NCBI RefSeq assembly: GCF_009914755.1
Contig: NC_060926.1
From: the human T2T-CHM13v2.0 reference genome, Homo sapiens
Length of the DNA: 64,000 nt
Direction: 5' to 3' (one strand)
Numbering within the stretch: position 1 is the first letter of the stretch; each line of letters begins with the position of its first letter. The notes beneath the pieces were generated by a model, which was not told where the DNA came from, did no database searches, and worked only from the letters and a program-made list of their open reading frames with translations. The translations under genes were made by a program, and so were the position numbers. Positions 13,260 to 30,702 of the stretch are shown here, one piece after another.

Positions 13260-14495
13260 CTGCAGGGACGGCAGGGGTCAATGTGGACCCAGGCCCAGCG
13301 CTCAGCAGCTGGCACCGCACACCCTTATCTCCTGGGGACAGTGGGCTCAGCCTAGCTCTGGCCACCACATCCAGCTCAGGGTCATCAAGGTCCAGGGGGC
13401 TTGCTAGACAGACCCCCTCTGTGACCCTTAGAGCTGGTCAGTCACAAGTAACGTACTCAGCTAAGCACGCAAGGTCACCAACAGCTCCTCCCAAACTCCC
13501 TCCAGGGGGTGGGCTGGGGAACAAGCAGTGAGGGGCTAGAGGGGCTGGCGGCACTGGGCTGCTGGAAAGCTGGCGGAGAGGTGGGAAGAGAACCCAAGTG
13601 AAGCTCAGAAACGGGGATCAGGCCACAGAGGCGCAAGAGCTCAAGGAATAAAGGGCAAACTGGGGGTAGGGACACAGAAGACAGAGAAAATAGCCTACAA
13701 ATTATTATTCCCAAGAAAAACTTAATGTAGGACAAAGGAAAAGCAATCATTGTGCCCCTAGATCTCAGGTATAAGAGAAACCACATCAACAGTGGCTGTC
13801 CGTCCTTCCAAGCCACGTAACCTGGGAGAACAGGGCAGAAGAGTGAGGAGGGTGAGTGTGGGAGTGTATGCTGTGTATATGTGCACATCTTCATGAATGC
13901 TTATGAGTGTGTGTGTGTGTGTGTGTTTGCATGAATGTGTATGTGTGTATGAATGCATTAATCATATTTTTATTTTCTGTATCTTGTGATGTTTTGATTT
14001 CCTTGGGGGGCACTGCAGGCTGGGGAGGGCTGCCCAGGTCCTGATAATTCCTAGAGACAGTCAGCAACTTGCCATCACCCCTGCCTTTCCTACACAAACC
14101 AACCAATCCCAAGTCTGTACCCCAGCCACCTCCTTTCTCTAACTTTTTCACACACCAGGCCAATATTCCCCCTGGCCTAAATCACCCAGGACAAGGTACC
14201 AGACAACTAGGGACAGCCCTATGCCCCAGAGCCCTGCAGAATTATTCAAACTAGCCAAGCCTAAGCTGTCTCCCTGCTCTGCCTGGCCTTTCCCACAACC
14301 CCAGGCTGTGGCCTGGGCCTTCCCCTACTCCTACTCCTCTCTGCCTCCTGATGGGCCCTGGTGCCTCCCCCTGTAGCCCTGCAGGGTGGGGCGTGCCATG
14401 CTCTGCTTCCCAGGGGCCTGTGAGTGACATTCAACTCCCCCACTGATGGCGCTGACCTCACATGGTGACTCAGTCACCCCCGTAACTTGAGGCCT

Positions 14496-14807
14496 GGCTG
14501 GGTGCAGTGGCTTGCACCTATAACGCTAGTACTTTGGGAGGCCAGGGTGCAAGGATTGGCTGAGGCCAGGAGTTAGAGATCAGCCTGTGCAATAGAGCGA
14601 GACCTCATCTCTACCACAAAAAAAATTCAAAAATTAGCTGGGTGTCATAGTGCACTCCATTCCTGTGGTCCCAGCTACTTGGGAGGCTGAGGTGGAACAA
14701 TCACTTGAGCCCAGGAGTTTGAGCTGCAGCGAGCCATGATCACACCACTGCACTCTAGCCTGAGCAACAGAGCAAGGCCCTGTCTCTTAAAGAAAAAAAA
14801 AAAAAAA
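14496..14807 (+). mobile_element. Alu (AluJ-like)
   Basis: Diverged dimeric Alu with middle A-rich linker and A tail. Confidence 0.92.
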
Positions 14808-15362
14808 TTAAGGGCTCAAGACAAATCAGCGTGAGCATGTGGGGACAGCAGAGGCCGAGCTTTAGGAAGGACACCAGCTCACGTTGGGCACAGAGGGGCA
14901 CAGCCCAGGCTTCCTCCTCACCACCCCCACCTCAGCTCCTCCTCCACCTTCCACTGGGCTCAGCTAAGGGATCCACCTCCCGGCAGCTTCCTGAATGGAG
15001 GAGCAAGGGGGCATTCCTTCCATCCCCCACCACCTCTCCCAGTCCCTCTGGGGAGCCACCCTTCAGGCCCTGCTGTACCCGCTCTTGGCGCTCCGCCAGC
15101 CTGTTCTGTCGGTGCCACAGCCTGCCCTCCCCTCCACTGCACCGTCCTGACCCCTGTGGGCCTAGGGAGCATTCCCCTCATCTGTCCTTTCCTCCGAAAG
15201 AAAATGTCCAAATCTATTTTTATGTATGATTGCTGCATTGGTAGAAAGAGAATGAGGATTCTACAAGGCTGGACTCTATTCACATTTTTCTTCTGATTTT
15301 AAAATAATTGGAACAGGAGGAACAGCGGTGTCTGCAGGTACTCGCTGTGAAGCCTGTGCCTA

Positions 15363-15704
<342 letters not shown>

Positions 15705-15942
15705 TCAGCTGCCTGCCCCACAATGGTTCACTGGAACCTTTCAGACAGCCGCCAGGGGGGACCACCTACTTCCTGCCTGCCCACCCGGCCGCCGTCTCCC
15801 GTGAGCAGCCAAGTCCCACCTGGCCAGGTCTGGGCTCCCTCACTGCCCACCCTTCTGGGGGGCCAGGTCAGGCAGGGCTGCTATGCCACCCCCGGGGCCG
15901 GCAGAGAGCCAAGTGCTGAGTCCCAAGTAGCTGTCCCCGTCA

Positions 15943-16161
<219 letters not shown>

Positions 16162-17364
16162 TCACACGTGGTCATCGCAGGAAGGCCATGACCCTGCCCA
16201 CCATGCCCCGCCCTCTGGAAGGTCAGGCTGGTCGGCCACTCCATGGGGCTGCCTAAGCTGACCCTGTGCTCTGTGTACATCACGGCCGGGTGGTTATCAG
16301 GTAACAAGATGGAAGGCTGGAAGGTTACTCCCCCTGTGGTCACTGAGGCCAGAGGTGGACAGGCCCCTCTCTCCCCAGGCTTCCTCTCACTCTGGGTCTG
16401 GGCTGGGAGAGCTCTGTGCTTGCCCCCCACCCCGTTTCACACTAACTATTTGGGTACACAGAAAGAAGAAACCGGCAGAGAGCTCTGTCACAGTGAGCAA
16501 CATGAAAAGCTCTGCATGCCCCAAAGGAGAGGCCGCCACGAGCAGCCTTGTGAGTCAGGCTGAAGATCAGAGTGGCTGGGGGAGCAACACCGTCAATGAC
16601 AGCCACACACCATCTGGGGCCAGCAGTGGGGAGCAGGGCCCACAGGAGAGGAGGCAGGAGGGCAGGCCAGGTGCTCCCAGGTGGCCCTGGCCCGTACACT
16701 CTCTCCCCGACCCATGCCCTGTCTGTCCACTGGGCCCTTGAGAGAAGGACAAGCAGGGACACAAGGAGGGACTTGTCCTTGTGCTGAGACCCCACCCCTC
16801 CTCCCAACACAGCACTACACGCCTTTGGCTGCCCCCAATCTGGCACGCCTGAGCTTTGCTGTGGGAGGGAGCTTCGCTGGGTAAATGAGGCCAAACAGGG
16901 GAAGATACCAAGGTCATGCCAGCACAAAGCTGCTGACCACCTGGCCAGAGGCTGAGATGGGTGCAAACCCCTCCCCACCTGCATGTGGGCCACCTCTGCC
17001 CACAGCTGCGGGAGGTCAGCTGGGTTGGCCCCCGGAGCACATGCTCACTGAGGGAATCCTGAGGTGATGTGCACAGTGGACTCTTCCTCGGGGGCCCCAT
17101 GAGCCTTGTGGTCAGCAGGATGGGAAGAGTGGACGCATGAGCATGGTGAGCCCCTACCAGCCCCATTCCCCATCATCATCCAGCCACTCCTGTTAGAGGC
17201 AGCATGTGTGTGCACGTGTGTACATGTGTGCACGTGAATGTGTGCATGTGTGTACACACGCCAGTGCGTGAGTGTGCAGAGCTGCTTGCCAGCTGTGGCA
17301 CAGTATCCCCCCTCCCCCAATGCTGCTTCCACGGTGCTTCCCAGGGCAAGGAGGTCTTTCCCTA

Positions 17365-17610
<246 letters not shown>

Positions 17611-17663
17611 CTACGGCCCTACCTGCCTGGGCCTCTCACACTGCGCCTAGACAGTGGGCCTCA

Positions 17664-18117
<454 letters not shown>

Positions 18118-19421
18118 CTGGGGAACAGAGGGACAGGTGGCCTTGAGGGATGGGGATCTTCAGGTCCCTGATGGTCTCAAGCGGGGAGGCGTGAGGAGAA
18201 AGGGGAACGGGTGCAGGCACCCCACCATCCCCAGCTCCCAGCCACTCCTTCTTCAGCCCTCGCTGGGACCTGAATGTGTCTCCTCACTCTCCCCATAAAT
18301 CCACCCTTGGCCACTCTCCACTCAGCATCCAGTGACATTTGCAAACCACAGATCTGGGGCTTCTGCTGTGCTCCAGTGTCCCCGCCCCTCCCCAGGCCAG
18401 CCTTGTACTTGCCTCCTGCCCCCAAGCCCCTGTGCACACATGGGAGCCAGGACCCTCCTTCTCACATCCAGTCTGGGGCCGGTGCCCCCAGAGCTGGACT
18501 TGGGCCCTCCACAGAGCACTGCTGCAGGGCACAGGACCTTTCCTTTCCATCTGTCTCCCCGACTAGACTGGAAGCAGGGCTGGGGCAGGTCCCCTGTGCC
18601 CAGGGCTGGGGTCCAGGGTCCGGAGTCCAGAGACCACAAGAAGGAAGCAGGGACGGCCACTAGCAGGCACAGGTGGCTGCAGAGCCTCAGCATCAGGGCC
18701 ACCGAGGCATGGGCATCAGTCCAGCCCCTCCCACCCCAGCACCCGGCTGGACCCCCCTCAGGGCTGCCCCATCTGCAGGGCCCTCCAGGGCAGCACTCAC
18801 TGTCTTGGGACAGTCCTGCCTGCAGGGGCTCTCTTTGGATGGCCTAGTTTTCCTCTGACTTTCCCTAGTAGCTGCAGCTCTGTCTTGGGGCCCCATAGAG
18901 CCGGCTCTGCCCTGCCTCCCACCCAGGTGGCCCGTGCCTGCAGGTCTGTCCCCCCTCAGCACCTCCTTGCTGGCTGCTCTCAGCTGGCCACTTCCTCTGT
19001 CCTCCCTGTCCACAGGCCGTATGCAGCCCACCTCGGACACTGGGAGGGAAACCCCAAGCTAAGGCCTCTCTTAGCCTAGGCCCTGCCCTGAGCCCCACAG
19101 GCACCAGGGCCAACCCCAAAACAAGCAGGGAGAATGGGCACAGCTGTCTCTCTGTCCGTCTGACCAGCTGTCGCCCAGGCTTAGCCACACCGACTCCCCA
19201 TTACAAGGCCACCCCACGAATTCAGGACATTCAGTGTGTCCTGCCCTCCTGCCCAGGGACCCCACAGGCAGGACTCCTGAGTCCCGAAGACTCCTCCGAA
19301 AGCCTTCGGGGGTTGGCAGATGGGCTAGAAGTGGGGCCACTGGGTGTCACCTGCCCCTCCTCACCCCCTCTGCTTTCCCCTAAGACAGGGTTAGGAAAGG
19401 GTCTCCCCTGTTCCAAGCCAA

Positions 19422-19905
19422 TGGTCACTTTTATGTCAGCCTGGCCAGGCCACAGCACCCAGTGATTCAGCCACACCCTCCCTGGGTGTTGTGTGGAGGT
19501 TTCTGCACATGTGCTCCACACCTGCAATCAGCTGATGGAAATCAAGGAGGCCCCCAACGGTGGGGTGGGCCTCATCCAAGCAGGTGAAGACCTAAGAGCA
19601 AACTGGGGCTTCCTCTGAGGAAGAAGAAACCCAGCGGATGGAGTCCACTCCTGCCAAGTTCCCACCCTGCCCCGAGTTCCCAGCCTGCCCCGAGTTCCCA
19701 GCCTGCCCTGAGTTCCCAGACTGCCACCTGCCCATGGATTTCAAACTTCGCTGACCAGCCCCACCATCTGATAAGCCAATTCCTTGAAATAAATCTCTTT
19801 ATACCTAGACATGGTTGTACGTTATCTCACTACATCTCGGTACATGTCTACAGCCATGTCTGTGCATCAGGCTGCTGCTGTTTCTCTGGCAGAACCCTAA
19901 CTGCG
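19422..19905 (+). mobile_element. MLT2-type (ERVL) solo LTR with internal 18-bp x~4 repeat (19651-19725)
   Basis: Recalled MLT2 motifs: ttttatgtcagcctggccaggccac, gtgggcctcatcca, gccaattccttgaaataaatctc, tgtttctctggcagaaccctaac. Confidence 0.7.
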
Positions 19906-20370
19906 TGGGCAATAGTCACACACCACTCAAGAGGGCCCCCTGTCTGACTGTCTGACTTCTCTAAAGAAGGGACTTTATGCCACGTGTGCCTGCACGTGTT
20001 TGAACATCACAGACACTGCAGTGTCTGGGAACAGAGCCCAACCCCACCCGGGGTGCTGCATTCAGAGACTGGAGCAGCCCACCCCACTGAGCTCCACAAC
20101 ACCTCAGCTCTGGGAAGCCCTTGTCCACTGCCCTGTATCCCCCAGACCAGCCCGACAGGGCAGAGTCCTGGGCCAGGAGGCAGGAGCTTCTTCCTAGGCA
20201 GGCACACCCTGGCTCCTCACTCAGCCCACAGCACGGACTCAGTGTCTCGGGGCCCCTGTGTTGTGTGAATGGGGCCTGTAGTGCTGTGTTCCTGGAGTTG
20301 GGGGACTGGGGAGGCACATGAGCTGCTTGGATACCCGCAGCCCCCTCCCCTACCTGCCCAGCGGCCCTTA

Positions 20371-20610
<240 letters not shown>

Positions 20611-21475
20611 TCACCTACAGCAGCTCGGCTTACCTGGCCCCCGGGCATGGCCTCTTCCAAGCCTCTCGCCTCTCTTTTCCCTGCTACACAGGCCGTGACC
20701 ATTGGCAACACTCATTTGGGCCTCAGAGGAGCTTAGGGGTCTCACCCCACTTAACAGAGGAAGAAAGTGACCCCCAGAAGGAGGATGCATGTGCCCACGT
20801 TGAAGCCAAGAGGCTGTGCTGGGCCTAATCACCCAGGGCCCTGTCCAGCTCCCCAGGTGGACAAGGATAAAAACACCAGCTAATGGGGCCTGGGCCGTCC
20901 CACAGGAGAGGGTAGGCAGGGCTTTGCAGTCAGAGAATTCCAGGAGAGCCAATCGTCCCAACACCACTTAGGGCCATCACCCTGAGGTGGCCAAGTTGGA
21001 CAGTGGGTGTCAGTCACAGGTCTGCAGGCCAGAGGCTGGCTGGATGCTGCCGGGAGATGCCCTTAGCCTGGGCTGTGGGCCATGTGACGGCACACTGACA
21101 CCACAGGCCCATCCCCAAGTTGGGCAGCACCAGGCAATGGGGACAGCCCCACGTCATCTCCAGGAGGGAGACCACTGGGCAGGCAGGGGAAACGGACAGA
21201 TGGCCGCCCACAGCCAACAGGAAACCAAGGTCTGGAAATAGTTTTCCACCCTAGATCTGGGCTCAATCCTCATGGCTCACTGTCCTCCCGCCATGAACAT
21301 CCTCCACCCTGGGCCCCAACACGCTTCCCGGCCAGCAGCCCACCTGTGCCCCCACCTCCAGCCCTCAAGGAGGCTCAGCTCCCTAAAGCAGCAGCTACCC
21401 CTGGCCACAGAAAGTACCAGGCATTTTCCCAAGCACCAACCTAATGGAAGTTGTTTTTAAGGCTGGCCCCAAATA

Positions 21476-21492
21476 TCTCTCTCTCTCTCCAA

Positions 21493-21563
<71 letters not shown>
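21476..21563. repeat. Compound (CT)n(CA)~24 microsatellite
   Basis: Directly visible. Confidence 0.97.
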
Positions 21564-21566
<3 letters not shown>

Positions 21567-21632
21567 CTGCCTAGAAGTATGACTCGCGACCCACTTAGTG
21601 CTGGGTAAGCTGGGAGAGGGTGACCTCATTCA

Positions 21633-21914
<282 letters not shown>

Positions 21915-22041
21915 TCAGTGGGGTCGCTGGGGAAGTCCAAACTCAGTGGCCCCTCTGCAGAAGCAGGAATGGGGAGTCCAGCCTTCCCCTGCCAGATCCC
22001 AGGGCCTGGCCAGGCTGGAGTGGCTGCCAGGTCCCCTCTCA

Positions 22042-22548
<507 letters not shown>

Positions 22549-23858
22549 CTAGGACCCCATTCCAGCTCAGACAGCCCAGAAACCATGGGTTCACCAGTGG
22601 GAGCCAAGAGCCAAGAAGGATCAGGACACTGACCATGGAGGGCTCAGCCCTGGAGTCTGGGGAGTGAAGCAGTTGTGAAGGGATCCTTGATGAGCCACCT
22701 GAGGCACCCCCATGCAGAGAGGTGGAGACCTCGTCACTGGACGAAGGGGACAGACCATCCCCAGCTGTCCCTGCCCCCTGAGTGGGGAAGATGTCCAGCC
22801 AGGAGGGGCTGTGCCCACAGCTTTGGGGCTGAGTAGGGGCTACAGCCTTGGGACCCCACTGGCCTGTGCACGTCTCGTGATTCCCAAGAACACTGAACTT
22901 CTCAAGAAGGGGGTCCCCAGTGGTCCCACTTCTGGGCAGTGCCCAGACCCAGGGCAACCAATAAAGCTGCACCCCTGGAGTTCCACCCTATCCCTCCAGG
23001 AAGGGGATGGGGTCTGAAACAGTGCAGGGAACAATCCATTCCAGACCAAACCAAAGGCCTGTCTAGAAGACGTGTATAGTGAAGCCCCATTAGGACACTG
23101 CCTGTCCCGGCCCTGCCTGGGACTGGAATCTCCCTACAGCTCTTCTCAGGCCCTTCCTGCCTCCGGACCTCAGCGCGTGCTGGGCCGGCGGCCTGGAGCA
23201 CAGCCCTGCCCAGCCCCTCCCAAGCTATGGACACACAGGTGTCTGTCCCCATGTCCTGGCCATCTTTGGGGTGGGTGTGTGGGGGTTGGGGACTAGAACC
23301 ACAAGAAAGACTTTTTCCCAAGTGTGTGTGTCATGCCCCACCTGGGCTGCTGTGCCATGCCCCACCTGGGCTGCTGGATGGGGGCACAGGAGTCATATAC
23401 ACTCTGAAGCAGCTGCCCAGGGGTTCTGTGCCATGTGAGGGCCTCCAGCTGAAAGACCCCTTAGGCCTGGCCTGGTGGGAAAAGAGGGGTCCCCACTGGA
23501 ACAGTCAGACCTGACTCTAGCTGAGTTCCAAGAAGGCAGCTGGCACCCAGCTCTGTGAGCAGCCCAGGCTCCAGGGCAGGTCCAGGCCCCTCGTGTCTCA
23601 GTCTCCAGCCTGGGTGTTGGCTCCTCAGCCTTGCTCTGACCTTGGAGAGCCCAGTCCACACTCCAGGCCACTAAGAGACCCATCTGATGTCCCAAAGCCA
23701 CCAGCATGCCCCACCATGAGAATGTGGGGACAGAATTCTCCACAAAAAGCAAAGTGTGACTATGGGTGAGCTTCACAGCCCCAGTGCCTGGGCCAGAGCC
23801 CCACCGTGCTCCCCTACTTCCAGGAGCCCCCTCTGGCTCTACCTGAGACAGCACCTCA

Positions 23859-24005
<147 letters not shown>

Positions 24006-24336
24006 TCAGCACAAGCTCCACAAGGCTTCCAGCATTGGCCTCAGCCCTGGCTGACCAATGGGGGCAGCGGGCCTGTGGCCACCGTGGCCTGGGTGGTGCC
24101 CATGCGTGTCCCATCTGGTCACTGGGTTAGGGCATCTGCTGATGGGACTGGCCCCTCTGCACCATGGTCAGGGATCAGGTCTATCAGGCCTCAGGTCTCT
24201 CAGGCCTTGGTGGCTAGCAGCCAGCAGTACACAAGGTGGGGGTCATTGGCGATGAGGGAACAGGTTTGCCCTGGGCTGGGATGTGGCCACCCCATGGTGC
24301 AGGTGCCCAGCACTGGAGGGCAGGGCTCAGTGCTCA

Positions 24337-24519
<183 letters not shown>

Positions 24520-25474
24520 CTAGGGCCAAGGGAGAGGACAATGGAGACACGGGTGCCAGGAGAAGGAGCTGCAAAGCACAAGCGCCATATTCCTGGGCCC
24601 GACAAGGCAACGAGGCATCCAGAAGACCAAGGTAAAGCTCAGAGAATGTCTGTCTTTCCCTTAGACACACTCAGGAGAATGGAGAAAACGCAAAACAAAT
24701 CTGGAAGGAAAAGAGAAGCAAATGCTCCTGGGAGATTCTGAGCCTCGGCTCCTAAAGCACAGCCATCCTCGCTGCTGCCAAGAGGCCCAGGTGCTCAGCC
24801 CTCTTCAGGACATGGACGACACTGCCCAACATCAGCCTGGTCTCTCCTTTTTCTTCCCACCCACAGCCCAGTGGGACCCCAACACCCCAGAAGGGCTCTC
24901 TGCTCCAGGGTCACAGGCCCAACCTCGCCCCCATCCCCTTCCTCACAACAGCCTCAGTGGGGCCTCTGCCTTTTCCCCTCAGCCCCTCAGTCTCCAGGCG
25001 TGTGGCTCACCTGCCCCTGCACAGCCATTCACTGAGGGGCATGTGTCTAGAAACCTAAAATGATCCCGGCCCATTGCTGGGCACCAGGGAGCACACTGTG
25101 CCTTTGAGCGGTGGGAGGTGGTGACTATTCCCAGGCAGGTGTGCAGGTGTGAACACAGGATGGCCTGGAGGGAGCTCAGGAACCTGCACCACACTCACTG
25201 CCCTTCTCAGGGGGTATAATTCTATAGGACGCCAGGGAGGAAGCTGCTGTGACCTGGGACTGTCGTCAGTGGAGGGGATGCTGTGGGGTGGGGAGGGACG
25301 AGACTCCTCTCCACCCACAGATGCCATCCAGCTCACTGCTCCTTGAACAAGCACCCACTCACACAATTAAAGACTCGACAGGAAGAGTCTCAGTCCTGGA
25401 CATTCATTCTTGGAGCTTCCCTTGTCCAGGCTTGGCATGGGTGGGGGCACAGGCCATCCAGACACCCAGGTCTA

Positions 25475-26488
<1,014 letters not shown>

Positions 26489-27346
26489 CTAACCTTCAGC
26501 CCACTGACATGGAAATTGGCCCAGAAACCATCCTGGAGGAGGTGAACATGGGACCCTCATGAGGGAGGCCCTTCCCCTCCACCACGAGGAGCTCACCCAC
26601 CAGCCTAGGCCTCATGCATCCCTAAGGCCCGGGAGGTGGGGCTGTGACATCTCTGAAGTGGGTGGTGCCAGGGGTCTCCTAGCGGAAGCGAACACACAGC
26701 AGAGCAGCAGCAAGCACGGGACCACACGGGGTGTGGGGGAAGTGGAGGGCGCCCTGCAGCCAAGCTCGGGGAGGCACTGAGCCCCATGGAGCCAGACCCG
26801 AGGCCAGGAGGCACAAAGGTTGGGTGGGATTTGGCAGTATCCGCTGTGAAAGCTGAGCTTCTGGCATTTCCAGAGTTGAGGGCCTGGGCGTGGGGGGTCA
26901 GGTCAGCTGGAGAAATGGCATTGCAGATGGAGGCCTGAGCCAAGAGCTGGGGACAGGACAGTCCCTCCAGCCCTCCTGGCCCTTTGGTGCTGATATCCTG
27001 ACCTTCGCAGGCCTTTGGGTGCACAGGGGGTCAGAGGACCTGATCTCGGCCATGTTTAGCCTGAGAAGGCCTCAGCGACACCCTGACTCCCCCGTTGCTT
27101 TGGTTTCTCATGTAGACCATATGGGTGGGAAGGAGCCAGGAGTGTGGGCTCAGAGGCAGACAGAATCCCACATCTACGAGCAGGGCCCTGTGGCTGAGGG
27201 AGAGCAGTGCTTTCTGCCCCCCAAAAAGGAGAAGAAAGCAGAGCAGGTACCCTGGGGTTCACCCCTCCCTGACCATGCCACCCTAGGCCCTCATGCTGGC
27301 TGGGGCTGGAAGCAGAGATGCAGAGAGCAGCAAAGGGAATACACAC

Positions 27347-27373
27347 ATTTGGGTCCTCCAGGCACAGTGTTGG
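27347..27373 (-). CDS. KIF1A: KIF1A alternative 27-nt microexon 14 (TNTVPGGPK)
   Basis: Strong pyrimidine tract plus cccatag|CCA, AAT|gtgtgt donor; peptide recalled from the long isoform. Confidence 0.92.
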
Positions 27374-27567
27374 CTATGGGGGAGGGAAGCGTGGGGGAGG
27401 GGGAGAGACAGAGAAACAGAAGAACAGGTTTGTCTCCAGAGGGTCAGGCACGCCTTTCACAGGCCAGGGTGGCCAGCAGTGGGTGTGTGGCCACAAGCAG
27501 GGTGGTGAAGGTCTTCAGCTCCAGAACGCGGGGGACCTCGGTGACCCCAGCACCCACAGCCTGCCTA

Positions 27568-28383
<816 letters not shown>

Positions 28384-28958
28384 CTATGTGTGCATAGGCT
28401 TGTGCTCACACCGTGTACCAGCCGATGCACATGTCTACGTTTCCAGCTAGTACATGAACCTCTATTGGGCCACACGCCCTTTGTTTCTCTTAAGCACTGG
28501 TGGTGCACAGTCGAAAGAAGGGAGAGACCACTGACCCAAACAACCGAGCAGCCTCTAGCATGGCTAGGGGCCCAGGCTCCCCACCCCAGGTGCCCACCCT
28601 GCCCATAAGACACACCTATGTCCCCTCTGCTATCTAAAAATCCCCAGTGGTTACCCCGGCCGGCAGGTGAGTGTAAACTGCTTCGCCCAGCAGGCACAGC
28701 TCTCCCAGTCTGGTGCCACGGGGCCCTGGGCTGCCTGCAGCCCCAAAGCACACCCCCAAAGGCTCCATGGAGGGAATAGAACAGGGCCCATGCAGGCCCA
28801 GGAGCCTCAGAACAGTCTCTTCCAGCCTCACAGAGTCCAGGGTATACCCCTCACAAAGAGTCGCCCCTGGTCACTGGTGCTTCCTAATTCAAGCACGAGA
28901 GGATCCATCCCCCAAGACCAGGGAGCGGGAAGCAGAGCTTGTCTCCCTGGAGAACTCA

Positions 28959-29075
<117 letters not shown>

Positions 29076-30626
29076 CTAGGCCCCAGGGCTATGTCTGCTC
29101 CCCCCTTCCCCCCACATTTACAGATGGGGAGGCTGAGGCCCAGAGAGGTAAACTGAGTCACAGGCTTACCCCCCCCCCACCCCCACCCCATGAACACAGA
29201 CAACAGCAAGGACCTGGCCTTCCTTGGCTGCTCCTTCATCTCTGAACCAGGCACCGCTATTATTTCTCTTTTACTTGTGTTTTTCTCACATTTGGGGCCA
29301 TTTTACAACCATCAGGCCTTCCTTTCCCCAAAGCAGAGAGGAAAGTTGTGGAGGGTTTTAAAGTATTTACTCCAAAATAAATACCATTTATGTTCAATAT
29401 TTTTTTCAAGCACTTCTATCATTTTCATTTGAAATATATTCCTCAGTATTTAACATCAGATTCCTGGCCCAGGTTAGTAGGATCAAAGCATCAGGTAATG
29501 CGTGGCATGAGGAACAGACTGTGTTCTTTCTCTTGAGGGAATCCTGTCTAGGTAACCTCAGCCATCGGAAAAGATCACCACTGACTCCACGCCAGCCCTC
29601 AGGACTGCTGCCTGGCGGTGCTTCAAGTCTGGACAGATGATCTTGCCTGCTTGACCCCAGGGAACTGTGTATCCTCAGGGCCATGTCCCCAGGGCATGGG
29701 TCCCCAGTGGGTCCCCATAGGGACTGAAGAGACGGTGTGAAGGGCTGGGCACATACCACACGGGCCCCAGGAAAGCCTCTGTGGGAGGACTCCCCTGCCC
29801 CCGCCCTGGGACTGAACCTGGGTGTGCCTGGAGCAGGCGGCTCCTTCCCAGCCCACGTCTCAGGTGAAGGAACACACTCTCCTCCTCTCTCAGCGGGGCC
29901 CATCCATCCGCAGGCCTGCTGCGGTCTGCAATACTGACCTGAGCTGGGGAGCAAGCATGGCTAGTTGTGGGGTGCAGAGGTGGTCAGCCAGGGCTCTGCA
30001 CACCTCAGCCATGCGGCTGAGGGAGGCCAGGGACCCCCAGTCATCTATGTTCACCAGGTCAGCCCAAGACTCAGTTTACCTCCCTGGGCATCAGCCTCTC
30101 CAGCTGTAAATGCAGTTGGGGAGGACTCTGAGGTTATTCCGGGATGGACGGGATCAGCGTCGGGTGCATTTCAATTCCCACCTCCCCGTCTAAGTCTCAC
30201 TGCTCAGAACTCAGACGGAGAAGAGGAGGTTTATGGCAGCCCCTCAAAATCCAGCAAGCAGAGCTCCCAGATCGCGTCCCAGGTCCCCGTGACTGATGGG
30301 GAAACCAAGGCCCAGAGAAGGATGAGTACTTGGCCTGGGTGTCACAGCCCACCTGACCCAGGACCACTGACACAGGCAGGTGTGTGCTGTGCCACCCCCT
30401 GGGCTGTCCTGGTTCCCACACTCGCTTCGTTAACCCACTGCTGGCCGTTGCCCCAGGTCCTCCAGAAGGGCCACGAACTGACTGGACCCTCCAGGTTCAC
30501 CTCCCAGCCTCAGCCCAGAAAGGGTGAGAGGCCTGCTGGCGACTGGGCACCCCCTCAGTGGGGAAGAAGGGCACAGCCCAGGGTGGGATCAGAGCCCTGG
30601 GGACAGGCAAACCCACAAGTTCTCAC

Positions 30627-30702
30627 CCAGGTTTTCCCGGAGGAGCCAGGTCAACACGGAATCTCGGTACGGAATGAAATCTGTCTTCTTCTTTTTCTTG
30701 TT
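30627..30702 (-). CDS. KIF1A: KIF1A exon 11 (K-loop [25 protein letters not shown])
   Basis: cccacag|AAC acceptor, TGG|gtgaga donor, 76 nt. Confidence 0.97.

Noticed and set aside
13475-13894. Hydrophobic 139-aa minus-strand ORF as an in-frame KIF1A exon
   Set aside because: Its frame needs a phase-1 junction, but intron 25 is phase 2; the spliced frame hits TAG at 13758.
14464-14478. Palindrome GGTGACTCAGTCACC containing an AP-1 site
   Set aside because: Single short motif, plausible by chance in 64 kb.
15190-15310. AT-rich patch with acceptor-like ctttctaccaatgcag downstream of exon 25
   Set aside because: No convincing donor or polyA signal follows; too weak to call an exon.
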